A stretch of DNA of 64,000 nucleotides from Convolutriloba macropyga (taxonomy: Eukaryota), in NCBI RefSeq assembly GCF_964194025.1, contig NC_134476.1, positions 16,988,001 through 17,052,000 of the forward strand. The letters are read 5' to 3'. Every line of letters starts with the position of its first letter. The stretch's first letter is position 1. Of the stretch, positions 11,308 to 24,130 are shown piece after piece. Under the pieces are notes generated by a model, which was not told the origin of the DNA, did no database searches, and worked only from the letters and a program-made list of their open reading frames with translations. The position numbers and the translations under genes are program-made.

Positions 11308-14085
11308 TGCTCAATAGACTAAACTAAAGTTGAGCAAAGGGGCTCAGAAAGGTGCGCTTTCCCATACTGTTCTTTCTGGCTTCATCTTACCCTCATTCTG
11401 GGTCCATCGTAATTTTTTGCGTAAAATGTGCATCAAATGAAGCATAGGAGATTTTTGAAATTTAAAGGTAAGATTGTGCTTTGGAATTTTGAAGTTGATG
11501 GATTCTAAATGAAAGAAATTCATCGATACAATTGATGATAATACAAATGAGATGCTGTTCTTAACTACCCTAGAGAAAACAAAATGAAAACTGTTTAAAT
11601 TTTTCTTTTGCATTTTGTTCTTAAAAATCATGTAATCAAGGGAACACTTAACGAAGAACGCAGAAATTGTCATTGAAAAAATCTGATTTTACGCGGTAAA
11701 AGTCATAAAAAAGATCCTAATTTAAAGTAATCTCATCAGCGTTATCAGGCGTTTGTACTATATATAGAGGCAAAACATAAAATTAAAAAAAACAACGAGA
11801 CAAATCCCGAACTACAAGCCAAAGATTTGATTGAAAGAAACAAATGTAATTGCAAGAAGAAAAAATCAGCAGAAAAACCCTCTTTGAGCGGTACAAGTGA
11901 TAAAAGTGCCAATTTGTTGTCTTGGAGCGTTGTCAGTTGATTGCAAGAAACAATAAGGAAGAAAATGATTTGAAAAAAATAGTACGACGAGTGCTGAAAT
12001 GCAATACAAAGATTTGAATGAAAGTGAATACGCCACAATACAGCTATTACAACCTGATATCAAGGTCTTCAAAAATAATAGTAATGATTTTGATAAATAA
12101 TGAAGATTGTATCAATTTGAGAACAATAATTGACTGATTGATTGAGTTCTGGACATTTGATGATTACCCAAATAAGTTTCAAAATACAGAAAATTTCTAA
12201 AACATTTTAATTTATTGTCTGCTTAACTAATTTCTCTGTCACCCAAACCAACTCATCCTCGCGAAATATAGCCAAAAAAAACTTATTTGATTGCCGACTA
12301 ATCTTTTTGCACATATAAAAAACAAAGAGAACTAAAAAGGAACGAAAAATGCATTTATAAAAACAGGTTGAAATTACAAATTTTTTTCTTTAAGTTATTG
12401 ATGTCTGTGTCCTTGAAGCAGTTCTTGTGCCGCAAAATTTTACCCATTAACATAAACAAAAGCCTTGAAAAAGCTAAAAAAAAAATCAGATGCTCCTAAA
12501 ATTGAAAAGGAATTGAAAAAAAACAAATATCAATGAAAAATCTGAAATTTCAGCAAATACCCCCATATTAATATCTTTAAAAATCAATTTTTCTGTTGCA
12601 ATATATAAGCATTTTTGCAAATATAAGCATCTTCAAAACTATTGAGGTGTTTTTACGTACAACCGGTACCTTATTATTTAGCTCTAAAGGATTCAATGAC
12701 CCTCCAAAGTTGGAGAGCAAGCAAAAGACGAAATTATGAAAAAAAAAATTCCAAAACTACTACATGTTTTTGTTATTACAATTGCAGAAACGTAACATAT
12801 AAAAAAACTTGTATGGCAAAATTTTCTAGTTTTCAGAATACTACTATGAGCTTCAAAAAAATTCACGTGAAAAGGGACACAAATCAACTAAAGCAGTAAA
12901 ATTTTATGGTAAAAAAACTCGAAATTTTGGAAAAAGGAGAACTGTGTAGAAAAAAATTGCTGGTTCGAAAGTCAATTAATTGGACTTGTCCAAAACTAAA
13001 TTAGAACACAAAACAGCGAATACCTGCAACTTTTCAAAACCGGCACTTCTTAGATCAATGAAAACACATTATGTTCAGGTAAAACAATAGATAGCTCGGA
13101 TTGCGTTCTTACACCAAAAAAATCAAGACAAATTCAATCAAATTACAGTCGAAAAAAAAAGAAAAGTGAAGTAGAATGGAAGTTGTAATCTTGTCAGAAC
13201 TGTTACTCTCATTGGAACGGTTTTTGAGTTTTATATATACTTGAGAAAAAGGAATTAAAATACAGGCAAAAACGGAAGTCAAATTTCCGCATGTTAATAA
13301 AACATTTTTCAAAAACAGAAGTTTTTTGTGAGCAAAATTAACTTTTTAAAAAAGTACAAATAAAATTTTTCGACCTTAAAAATAACCTCTAAATTAACTT
13401 TTGAGCGTTTACAGCGTGACTAAAATTTTGTTCCATTTTATTTACTCATTGACATAAAAAAAAACAAAAAAGGTGAACAAATGAAATTACAAAGATTAGG
13501 ACAAATTCTCAAAAGCAATCCGAACAAAATATCAGAATAGCGACCATGGCCAACCGACCAATTGCACCTTTCGAAAAAAAAATCGGACAGAAAATAGTCT
13601 ATCAAATAAAAATGTCCGTCTATATTAACTAAAATCTCTGCAAACCTTTCTTCCGGGACACATTTTTGAGGATTGAACATAAATATGACCCTTTTTGAGT
13701 GCGCGGAGATTATGCAGAAGTTTTCACTTTTCCGGAAATTTTGTGTTTTTCGATAGTTTTCGAAATTGCGCAGAAAGGGACAAGTTGTTTTGGTATTCCG
13801 CTAATTTCCTCATATATTATCGGAGAAAACGGGCGTTAAAAACCAAATCCAAGAGTTGAGCAATTAAAGAGAAACGAGATAATATTGTTGCTATCAACAC
13901 AAACAATTAGCGAACTGGCTCGATTTTTGAGAAGTATTGACAAAAAACTGAAAAAAAACGGACTTCAAGTATTGTTTTCAAAACTTTGAACTTTTTTTAC
14001 TCCTGGACAAACACTACATTACAAAAATTTTTATAATTAAAATAATTTACGCTCGAAGGCTTGCTTTCCAATAACATCACAAATT
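11308..14085 (-). repeat. Right arm of the large imperfect inverted repeat
   Basis: Reverse complement of 6260-10630, lacking ~7660-8010 and ~8290-9570. Confidence 0.85.
12640..13900 (+). pseudogene. Degenerate copy D of the same protein family (in the right arm)
   Basis: Inverted homologue of copy C. ORF 12642-12899 has TTCFCYYNC..IHVKRD, followed later by FECAEIMQK. Many stops. Confidence 0.4.
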
Positions 14086-15859
14086 TATAGAACTTGAATG
14101 TAAAACTTGAAACATTTCCATGAATTAACCGTGAAGCCCGCTATCTTTTTTGTTCCCCCCATGTTTGTTTCTCTCTGTCTTTTCTGTTATCCTCTTAAAA
14201 CTCGTGACTTATTTTCATTGAAAATTTTTCTTTTTCCTTTTCAGAGGAAAAATCAAGCTTAATTGAGCGTCGAATTGAGTGTCAGAGCTTCCACCAATGT
14301 AAAACAAAGATAGTTTCATTCTTGAGAAGTAAAAAAGATCAGTTTGAGATAATCAGAAAAATTCTCGTTTAAGGCAGGAACTTTGAACCATTCGGAATTG
14401 AAAATAGAAAAAATCTTTACTTTCCTCCTTTAATGACGCGACTATCGACGGATCTAAGAAAATCCATATGAAACATCTCTGGGTTCTTGAAACATCAACG
14501 ACAGATCGATGACTTACGAATATTTATGGTCCATGGGGTTCACTGTGAGCGAAAATAAACTTGATATAATAATTTTGCCGAGCCGAGATTTCTGGGAGCC
14601 CGATTAAATTTCTTAATATTTGAATGATATTAATTGATCTTCAAAATAGTGTTGGGTTAATTCAGGCCATTAAACAAAAAAACTAATTGCCATACTGTTT
14701 CATAATTTTGTTTTTCTTGAAAATTAAGTCTATTTTTGACAACAAAAATCGTTTGAGTGCATTATTTTTTGGTCCAATTTCTTCGAATTCAAGCTAATGA
14801 GAGCACAAAAGGATGATCTCATTAGCCTTAGCGTCGATACATACGATTGGTTATGCTAACGGCCCCCAATTATAATCAAACTGAAAGTTCAAAAAATATA
14901 TACCGCTAAAATTTAGAATCTCTGCAGATTGAGATTGAGTCTGATGCAGATATGACTGTTTCTGAAGTAAGTGAACAGATAGTTTTTTTCATTACCGAAG
15001 TTTTTTTTTTATTTATTTGTAGGGAGACACAGTTTAAATATTCTCGAAATAAAAAACATTCAGGACATTTTTTTTACAAACATTTAAATAAAATAATATA
15101 AGAGAAATGTTAAATTTAAATGCCGTCGGAACTACTATCAGTAAAATTTAGTGAATTGATAAACTTTATACAAATCTTCTGGTTATTGTTTAATGTTACC
15201 CGTTAAGCCGTTCGTTACTGTTACTCTTTAAGATTTTTGAATTTAAAAAGCATACAGTTAGACCTTCAACCGTCAGATGTTCTGAACGCAGATTTATAAT
15301 ATCAGCAAGGTCGCGAAACGACTGTAGAGATTCAGTTCCTAAAACAAACTATTGTTAATGAAAACAGAATTTTTAATATACAAAATTTGTTTTGAAAATG
15401 ATTTATTGCTTTGCTGTGACGCGTCATGAAAAACATAAAATTAATTACGTTTAACTGACAATAAACTTTTCTCCAATTAAACTGGGACTAGATGGAGTTA
15501 ACAGAGCTTCGTCTAATTATATTTAGAAGCGAAATCTTTCTGCTTAACGAAAATTATTCCTGGATAAATTATTACTCGTAACTGTACAAATACCAGTTAA
15601 TAGAAGTAATATCCACACACCGTGCCAATCAAGACAGAAACCTTTGCTTTATCTTCCATAAATATCTTCCAAGCAACAAATTGATATGGAAAAACGAAAA
15701 TGATGTAATTAAACTGTAGTGAAGATTCAGATTTCAATAAATTCAGCGCGTTGATCATCTGGTTTTGTTGAGCTCAATTTAAAGGATAGTTGGAGTCACT
15801 TGAAATCTGATTTGTTCATTTCCACTATTTAACCGAATTTCGTTCTATGCTCCAATGCC

Positions 15860-16110
15860 AAACTTGCAAGATGAAACCACAATCTTTCAAGATACTTGCA
15901 AAATGATTTCAAAATTTTGCAAGATTCTTGCAGGATGATTCAAATATTGCAAAAATCTTGCAAGCAATCTTGGCAGGGAATACATACTACTTGCAATCTG
16001 CTTGCAAAATTCTTGCAATATTTGAATCAACTTGCAAGTATCTTGCAAAATTATGATTCATCTTGCAGATTTCTCGCAGGATTTTGAATTCTTCGATTTT
16101 TTTGCCTGGT
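15860..16110. mobile_element. Foldback MITE-like element built from CTTGCAAG repeats
   Basis: Many (t)cttgcaa(g/a) motifs arranged as an imperfect palindrome centred near 15985, ending ...tttgcctgg (CCAGG-type terminus). Confidence 0.6.
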
Positions 16111-17146
16111 TACCTGGCGGAATTCAGCGATTGATCGAACTGAAATAGCTAAGCAAGGGTAAAGTTGAAAACCGCTCCCTAAATGGCATTTTAGGATTCT
16201 TTGAAGTTACCATGAGTCATTGATGAAATTTGATTTCCATCTATTCACAATGACCCGACGATTTGTTTAAATTGACTATGAATTTTCAAGCCTGCAACAT
16301 TTGTTTTAAAACTTTTCTTGAATTTACGCAGATCCATTGATGGAAAACCATTTTGAACTCCACGCTGGGGAAATTTTTCCGAAAGATGTTCAGGGTAAAG
16401 GGCGATGGTTGAATGATAAGTCAAAGAGCAAAAATTTGAGAAAAAATGTAACGTTTTTATTCCAACAATTTGATCTAAGCTCAACGTTTAACATTCAGAA
16501 CTTCATAAATAAGAGAAATTTTTGGCCTTCTTTCGTTGAATGAAGAATTAAATCAAATTCTTAAATCCAATTCAGGCAAATTTTTGGTCTTAATGAAAGG
16601 TAGCCGGAGGCAGACACAAAAAAGTACAAACCATAGAAAAAAGTAAAGATTTTTAAATTCTCCTTCAAGAAAAATGTCGACAACCTCAGACCAAAACTTG
16701 TTCAATAGTCTTGATAGGTGGAACAAAATTATGTTTTTTTTTCTGACTAGAACTCCAGTATATTTTGTAGAGGTAGAATTATACAGCTAGAGGGAGTTTT
16801 CCCTAAAAACTCGAGCTTTTGCTTTCTTGCTCATTGTGGAGGAAAAATGGTTTATTTTATTGTAGCTCCTGGAAACTAGTTCTAGTATTGTTCTAAAAAT
16901 TGGCTAATTTTTAATGATCTTTGAGAAAAAGAACACCTTTCAAAAAAGTGAGGAAAAGTAACAGCAAGTATTCTCTAGTAAATAGCGATTTTGAAATTTT
17001 TCCATTCCTGGTCTAAATTAAATCTATTGAAATTTTATATGCAAGGCAACGTAAAATATTAGTAAAAAACTAAACATTACTGATGCTCCCTGAGAGACAT
17101 TAAAAACTGACAGGCTTGAAAGTAAAAAGTATCGTTCTGTGTAATG

Positions 17147-17259
17147 TTAAACTTCTCTCGTAAACAAATAAAAAACTTTGTTTTTTGGTTTGTTAAGAAT
17201 CAAGAATAACCAGTACTCGAAGACCACAAAACCGGTAAATGTGGAATACGAACTCGGAT
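17147..17259 (-). CDS. Putative terminal exon with a C1q-type C-terminal strand
   Basis: Acceptor gcttttcag at 17261-17260. Encodes PSSYSTFTGFVVFEY..., resembling the gC1q C-terminal motif (Y)STF[S/T]GFL[L/V]. Stop at 17149-17147. Confidence 0.5.
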
Positions 17260-17384
17260 CTGAAAAGCTAGCAAATCAAAATTTTGAATCAGAAACGACA
17301 AAGTTAAAAATAAATGCTTTAAAAATAATTTATTTTTTAAACACAATTTGTTAATAACATTATGAAAGCCTGAGATGAGCTTAC

Positions 17385-17467
17385 GGGTCTCCGTAGTTGA
17401 AAAATTTTTGATTCTTAAACATAAGAAATCGTCGGTATCGTCACTTTTTCGGGCCAAAATTGACTCA
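17385..17467 (-). CDS. Putative internal exon (83 nt) of a C1q-domain-like gene
   Basis: Acceptor ctttttttacag and donor gtaagc. The phase joins in frame with the next exon, giving ESILARKSDDTDDFLCLRIKNFSTTETH. Confidence 0.45.
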
Positions 17468-18023
17468 CTGTAAAAAAAAGTATTTTAAAACTCACTGAAT
17501 TAAAACTCACTGAAAAGTATATTAAAACTCACTGAATGCGAAGTAATTCACCAGAATGTTCATCAAGTATGTTTCGTTTTTAAATTCAAAATTAACCAAG
17601 CTGTTTATACTCTTTCAATTAACTTTACGAATGAGTTAAAAAAATTTTCAACAAGTTTGAACTTTCTTTCAAAATTTTTCTAAGAAAAACGCTTGAAGTT
17701 CCTGCAAAAAAAACATATCGCAACGCTTGACTACAATTAAACAAAAAGAATAAATTTTCCTTTTAATTTTTTTGTCGTTTTTGTTCGTTCTCCTCAATTA
17801 GGGCTAAGAAACGGATCTATTTTGTTCCATCCCCACACATTTTAGTGAGCATATGTTTTACACCTCAGCTACACAATCTCCCATCCCACCAACTTAGTGA
17901 GAATAAAGTCGGTAGCCAACCCTCAAACCCTCAGTTTTTTGATATAAATCCCCCAACTTAATTTTTAACCCCCCCCCCGAGATTCTTTTAATTATATATT
18001 TTACGCCCCCAGCTTATTTTTAT

Positions 18024-18223
18024 NNNNNNNNNNNNNNNNNNNNNNNNNNNNNNNNNNNNNNNNNNNNNNNNNNNNNNNNNNNNNNNNNNNNNNNNNNNNN
18101 NNNNNNNNNNNNNNNNNNNNNNNNNNNNNNNNNNNNNNNNNNNNNNNNNNNNNNNNNNNNNNNNNNNNNNNNNNNNNNNNNNNNNNNNNNNNNNNNNNNN
18201 NNNNNNNNNNNNNNNNNNNNNNN
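18024..18223. other. Assembly gap (200 N)
   Basis: Run of exactly 200 n. Confidence 1.
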
Positions 18224-18289
18224 TATGTATCACTGAACTCATGCCTGATAAATATGATTTTTCGTGGACAGATGACTTTTTCATAAATC

Positions 18290-18531
18290 TCATATGATAA
18301 GTTTTGTGTACCGAGGTATAGGGATTTTACAATTGAAGACACGTCTACCTTCAACGCCGATGCGATTCTTAGTTACAATAATGGAACTGGCTTTTGGTCC
18401 GCAGGTGCACAAGGGACTGTACCCACAGTGATTTCTTACTTCAACGTATCGTTGCATTCTTTTTCCAGTTCGTTTTTTTATTATGCCTTTTCAGCATTGC
18501 GTTCGGGTTTGGATTTGACTGAAGATCCGTG
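18290..18531 (+). pseudogene. Coding-like fragment of unknown product
   Basis: Open frame without ATG: SYDKFCVPRYRDFTIEDTSTFNADAILSYNNGTGFWSAGAQGTVPTVISYFN..., more GC-balanced than its flanks. Confidence 0.3.
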
Positions 18532-19467
18532 AATTGTCACTTCATTGAAAAAATAGAAGACAATTGAAAGTTCTTGGATTTTGGGCCAAGTAATATATCT
18601 AAGACGATTTTTTCATTGACCAACAGAAGAAGATTGATTTCTATACTCAAAATTTCCCCCTAGGTAAGGGTATCCAGTGTAGGTTTGTCTCAAACAACAT
18701 TAATTCTGAAAGGGTTCGTTTTGTATTTGGCGGCCAGCTTGGTAATTTTAAATTTAGTTTGGAGATGCAAAATCACTTAGGAATACTTCAGCAAGCTTTG
18801 CGACGCAAAACCGCTAACCCTACATTTTTTGAGAGAAAATTCAAAGCGGGACTGTGATATTGAGGTATGCAACAATTCGCAATATGCAAAAATGAAGGAA
18901 AAAGCTACTTGGTTTCATAATTAATCTAACAAATGAGGGCAGACATTTATTTAAGCAAAATGGGAAATAAACACATTGAAAATATGAAATCCCGCCTTAA
19001 GCAAAATTGGCGACCGATAATATGAGCTAAATATGACGTCAAATAAATTTTCTGCCTTGAATAACGAACTCATGTAAGAAAGAATTATCTAAAAACTGAG
19101 TAGACTAAGTATAACACAAAAAAAACTCAAAAAAAAATTTTGCAGATGAGAGTCGGCCATTTAATGTTGCTATTTGCTAAAGAACGAGTTCTACTATAAA
19201 TGCCTCAGTTGGAAAAAAACAAAACTTTCAGAAACGGAGCTCCGTTGAGAAACTCACTTGGAATCAGAGCACAACCTTTGTCTTACATATCTGCTAACTT
19301 TTGTAAAACATCGCTTGCTAAAAATTGTAGTTTTTCTATTACAAGATAAATTACTTTGTAACGATATTGCAAAGTTCACATGTATCTGACGTTTGGTTAC
19401 CAATTGTTAGGATATGACTACCACACATCAAAAATTGTGTTGATCGGATCACCACTTACCTTTCCAC

Positions 19468-22400
19468 AATTTAGTCGTAAACTACATTGGATAAAAATAT
19501 GATTGGCGTTAACGAAAATTCAATCTTGAACAAAAAAAGCCCGTTGATAGATGATGAATACTTTTGAAGTTGGCAAAATTTCTCAAAATTCATTTATCAA
19601 GAAATACAACATAACTATAGCAATTCTAGAAGAATTCAAATGAATGCCCTTTATTTTGCATGACTTTGCAAGAAGCCCGCTAAAATTTGCCGAGTATTTA
19701 ATACGTTAAAAAGTTTCGAATATTAACCTCAGGGAGTTGGTGCCGAAGATTAATAAGTTTGACTGTAAATCAATTGATTTTTTTTTGCGTGCGGCACTAC
19801 TAAAAACGCAATCTTGACTGGGATTAACACTTACCTTTCTTCAGTTCAGTCGTAAACTACATTGGATACAAATACAATTGGCGTTAATGAAAGTTCAATC
19901 TTGAATAAAAAAGCCTGGTGATAGATGATGCATACTTTCGAAGTTTGCAAAACTTCATCAAATTTCCCATTCTTTTTTAATAAGTACGGCTAAATTAACG
20001 CAATTATCCTGAAGAATTCAATTGAATGCCCTTTTCTTTGCACTTTGCAAAAAACCCGCTAAATTTCTCTGAGTGCTTAATACGTTAAAAAGTTTCGAAT
20101 TTTCACCTCCAGGAATTGGTGCCGAAGATTAAGAAGTTTTTACTGTAAACCAATAAAACGCAACCTTGATCAATGTAACTTGTAGGCTTCAACCCAAATT
20201 CATTGATTTCTTAGTTCCTGCTCGTGCTCTTCACGCAACTTGTGTTTGACTACAAAGTCCCTTTAAAAACTGTTCATGATAGCCCACATTGATGAATTTT
20301 TTAGTAATTTGTGATATACGTGGCCTGAAATTGGATTCTTTAGCGTGTCTCAGAGACTTGAAATAATCGACTTTTCAAAAAAATTACATAATGCTTATTT
20401 GCATGCTATGTTTTCATTAAAGGTTTCATGTTTTCCGATCGTGCGAGCGATTATAGTGACATTATAGGAATGAGTATAAACAGTTGGTCCCATCAGAGTG
20501 CAAAGCAAACCAACCAAAACTGCCAAAAAGCTGCCAATGTGCAATTTTACCACAAAAATCTGAACTTGGCGGGTTTTATGTTTGCATTTTGAATTTTGAA
20601 AGCTGGCAAACTCATTGGCATAGCTGTTTGCAATAAATTGCATGGTTGTCCTGCGGATCGCAATGTTTGACCATATAATGAAGAATACTTAGACAAAATC
20701 AAGAACCCTTTTAACAATCAAACAAATGAGCTGAAGATATAGAAAAGCAGGTCATGGGATTTGTCCAATTTGCTGTAGATATATTTAAATGTTTCGCACC
20801 TCTATTGTTTAGTGAATAAGAATACAAGCATATCGAATGTGATGTTTCGTTGGCCGATAAATGCTTCTTCCAGAAGGCTAGTGTGGTTAAGTTGTCTACT
20901 GAAATGCGAGGATGTATGCAGATGAGCACAATTTTATTTTCAACTCCGGTCATTAAGCAATGTAATGAGGTTACTTTTCGGTCCACAAGTGCCCAAGGGT
21001 TGTCCCATATTGCAATGCTACCTCAAAAGCTCATTGACATTTGTTTTCCGAGTCCATCTTCTATAGCATTGCGTTCGCATTCTTATTGGGCTTGATATGA
21101 CTGAATTGTCAGCTCATAGAATGGTTTTAAACGAAGTTGATTATATTTGGGTTTCTGACCAAGTAATGTATCTAAAAAGATTTTTTGCTTTTCCAACAGA
21201 AGAAGTTTAAATTGTATTCTCCCCTTTCCCATCTAAGTATGGTGGATTGAAAGAAGGTTTGTCCCAAACAGCAATGATTCCGAACGTGATTTCTATAATT
21301 TTTTGCTGACTGTGCTATGTCAAGCTTGTTAAATTTAAATTTTGTTTCGGGATGCGGGATCAATATATGCAATTTTTCAGCCAGCATTGCGACGCAAAAA
21401 TTGCAATCACTACAATTATTTGTGTGAAGATGCAGAGCGGGACTAAAATTCTTCAATTTAGTCGTAAACTACATTGGATAAAAATATGATTGGCGTTAAC
21501 GAAAATTCAATCTTGAACAAAAAAAGCCCGTTGATAGATGATGAATACTTTTGAAGTTGGCAAAATTTCTCAAAATTCATTTATAAAGAAATGCGGCAAA
21601 ACTGTAGCAATTCTAGAAGAATTCAAATGAATGCCCTTTATTTTGCACTTTGCAAGAAGCCCGCTAAAATTTGCCGAGTATTTAATACGTTAAAAAGTTT
21701 CGAATATTAACCTCAGGGAGTTGGTGCCGAAAATTAATAAGTTTGACTGTAAATCAATTGATTTTTTTTTTGCGTGCGGCACTACTAACAACGCAATCTT
21801 GACTGGGATTACCACTTACCTTTCTTCAATTCAGTCGTAAACTACATTGGATACAACTACATTGTAACTTGTAGGCTTCAACCCAAATTCATTGATTTCT
21901 TAGTTCCTGCTCGTGCTCTTCACGCAACTTGTGTTTGACTACAAAGTCCCTTTAAAAACTGTTCATGATAGCCCACATTGATGAATTTTTTAGTAATTTG
22001 TGATATACGTGGCCTTAAATTGGATTCTTTAGCGTGTCTCAGAGACTTGAAATAGTCAACTTTTCAAAAAAATGTACATAATGCTTATTTGAATGCTATG
22101 TTTTCATTAAAGGTTTCATGTTTTCCGATCGTGCGAGCGATTATAGTGACATTATAGGAATGAGTATAAACAGTTGGTCCCATCAGAGTGCAAAGCAAAC
22201 AAACCAAAACTCCCAAAAAGCTGCCAATGTGCAATTTCACCACAAAAATCTGAACTTGGCGGGTTTTATGTTTGCATTTTGAATTTTGAAAGCTGGCAAA
22301 CTCATTGGTATAGCTGTTTGCAATAAATTGCATGGTTGTCCTGCGGATCGCAATTTTTGACCATATAATGAAGAATACTTAGACAAAATCACGAACCCTT

Positions 22401-23128
22401 TTAACAATCAAACAAATGAGCTGAAGATATAGAAAAGCAGGTCATGGGATTTGTCCAATTTGCTGTACGTTTCGCACCTCTATTGTTTAGTGAATAAGAA
22501 TACAAGCATATCGAATGTGATGTTTCGTTGGCCGATAAATGCTTCTTCCAGAAGGCTAGTGTGGTTAAGTTGTCTACTGAATTGCGAGGATGTATGCAGA
22601 TGAACACAATTTTACTTTCAACTCCGGTCATTAAGCAATGTAATGAGGTTACTTTTCGGTCTACAAGTGCCCAAGGGTTGTCCCATATTGCAATGCTACC
22701 TCAAAAGCTCATTGACATTTGTTTTCCGAGTCCATCTTCTATAGCATTGCGTTCGCATTCTTATTGGGCTTGATATGACTGAATTGTCAGCTCATAGAAT
22801 GGTTTTAAACGAAGTTGATTATATTTGGGTTTCTGACCAAGTAATGTATCTAAAAAGATTTTTTGCTTTTCCAACAGAAGAAGTTTAAATTGTATTCTCC
22901 CCTTTCCCATCTAAGTATGGTGGATTGAAAGAAGGTTTGTCCCAAACAGCAATGATTCCGAACGTGATTTCTATAATTTTTTGCTGACTGTGCTATGTCA
23001 AGCTTGTTAAATTTAAATTTTGTTTCGGGATGCGGGATCAATATATGCAATTTTTCAGCCAGCATTGCGACGCAAAAATTGCAATCACTACAATTATTTG
23101 TGTGAAGATGCAGAGCGGGACTAAAATT
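19468..23128 (+). repeat. ~2-kb tandem segmental duplication (19468-21455 / 21456-23128) with an older internal ~375-bp repeat
   Basis: 20175-21455 is nearly identical to 21863-23128 (duplicated ORFs in the track). 19468-19830 matches 21456-21830. The second copy lacks ~300 bp. Confidence 0.95.
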
Positions 23129-24130
23129 CTGAAATACTCAAAATACGCAACGTGCAAAATTGATTAGAATGATTTCTTGATTTCATAATCAAGTGGGAAG
23201 ATGCAGACAGACAAAAACTGCAGCAAAGCGGGAAACAAACAAACTGAAATAAAAAAGTTGCTCGTGAAATAAGTCTAAGAAAATTGGAGACTGAAAATGT
23301 GAGCAAAATACCAAAACCAAGGGCGGTATTTATGATAAATTGCCAACAATATAGCTGACCAAGTTGATCAACATTGTTAAAAGAGCTGACCTGAATTAGA
23401 TCAACATTGTTAAAAGAGCTCTTAAAACACTGATGCATAGCAAAGTTGAAAGAGGACATATTATTCAAATTTGTATCTTGGATAACACAGAAGAAACATT
23501 TATTTTTCTCATAGTTTAAATTAAACAAAAACGTTCACAGAACAGTTGAAGGAACAAGCAAGCATTCTGAGACTAAAATAAAAATTTGTAAAAAAAACAA
23601 TTCCATTCGTTTATTTATTTGATGTTCAATTTTTGATTTTAAATCAATTCGTTCAATTTCATGGTGAACAGTCACAAAGACAAAACTTGTTTTGGAATAA
23701 ATTCTCGGAAGAGTGTTTCGAGCATTCTCAGTGGCGTTTAGAAAGGCTTGATTTAATTTAGGAGACATCATTAAGCTTTCGCTTGAGCAAGTGCTCTGGT
23801 TGGATGAAAAAGTTGATTTTGTTTTCCACTTCTGACATGTTTGAGCTTAAATGCAGGAAAACGCCCTCTGATTGCTCTCGCGCACTGTTGTTGTGATGGT
23901 CTATGAGACATAGAAACAAGCATTGGTCCTAAGCTATCGATTGGTCTCAGAATTTTTTGCGCAATCTTTCTGTTCAAATTCCGTACTTCAGAAAACTCGC
24001 TTTCATCTTGTGTTGTTTCATCCACTATCAGTTAAGCTTCAGACATTAGCCTATCACATTGTTTCTATCACATTTATAGATCAGCCTCAAATAATCATTG
24101 AAGTTTCAAAAATTCGCTATATTGTCTAGA
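23000..24130 (-). pseudogene. hAT-superfamily (Charlie/Buster-like) transposase remnant
   Basis: Ordered motifs VDETTQD..VR (cf. first catalytic D, LDESTD), CARAIRGRF (cf. DGAxAMxG), FHP..ALA..K.MSPKLNQ (cf. CxIHREALxxKxMSPELN) and EYFRILVP (dimerisation region). Frameshifted. Confidence 0.6.

Noticed and set aside
16245-16543. Overlapping ORFs as an additional exon
   Set aside because: No clear splice boundaries or recognisable domain.
17988-18354. ORFs spanning the N run
   Set aside because: Artefacts of translating through the gap.
20395-22773. Duplicated 76-94 aa ORFs as real genes
   Set aside because: Their conservation only reflects the recent tandem duplication, and there are no convincing motifs (LAFWKKH is only weakly hAT-like).
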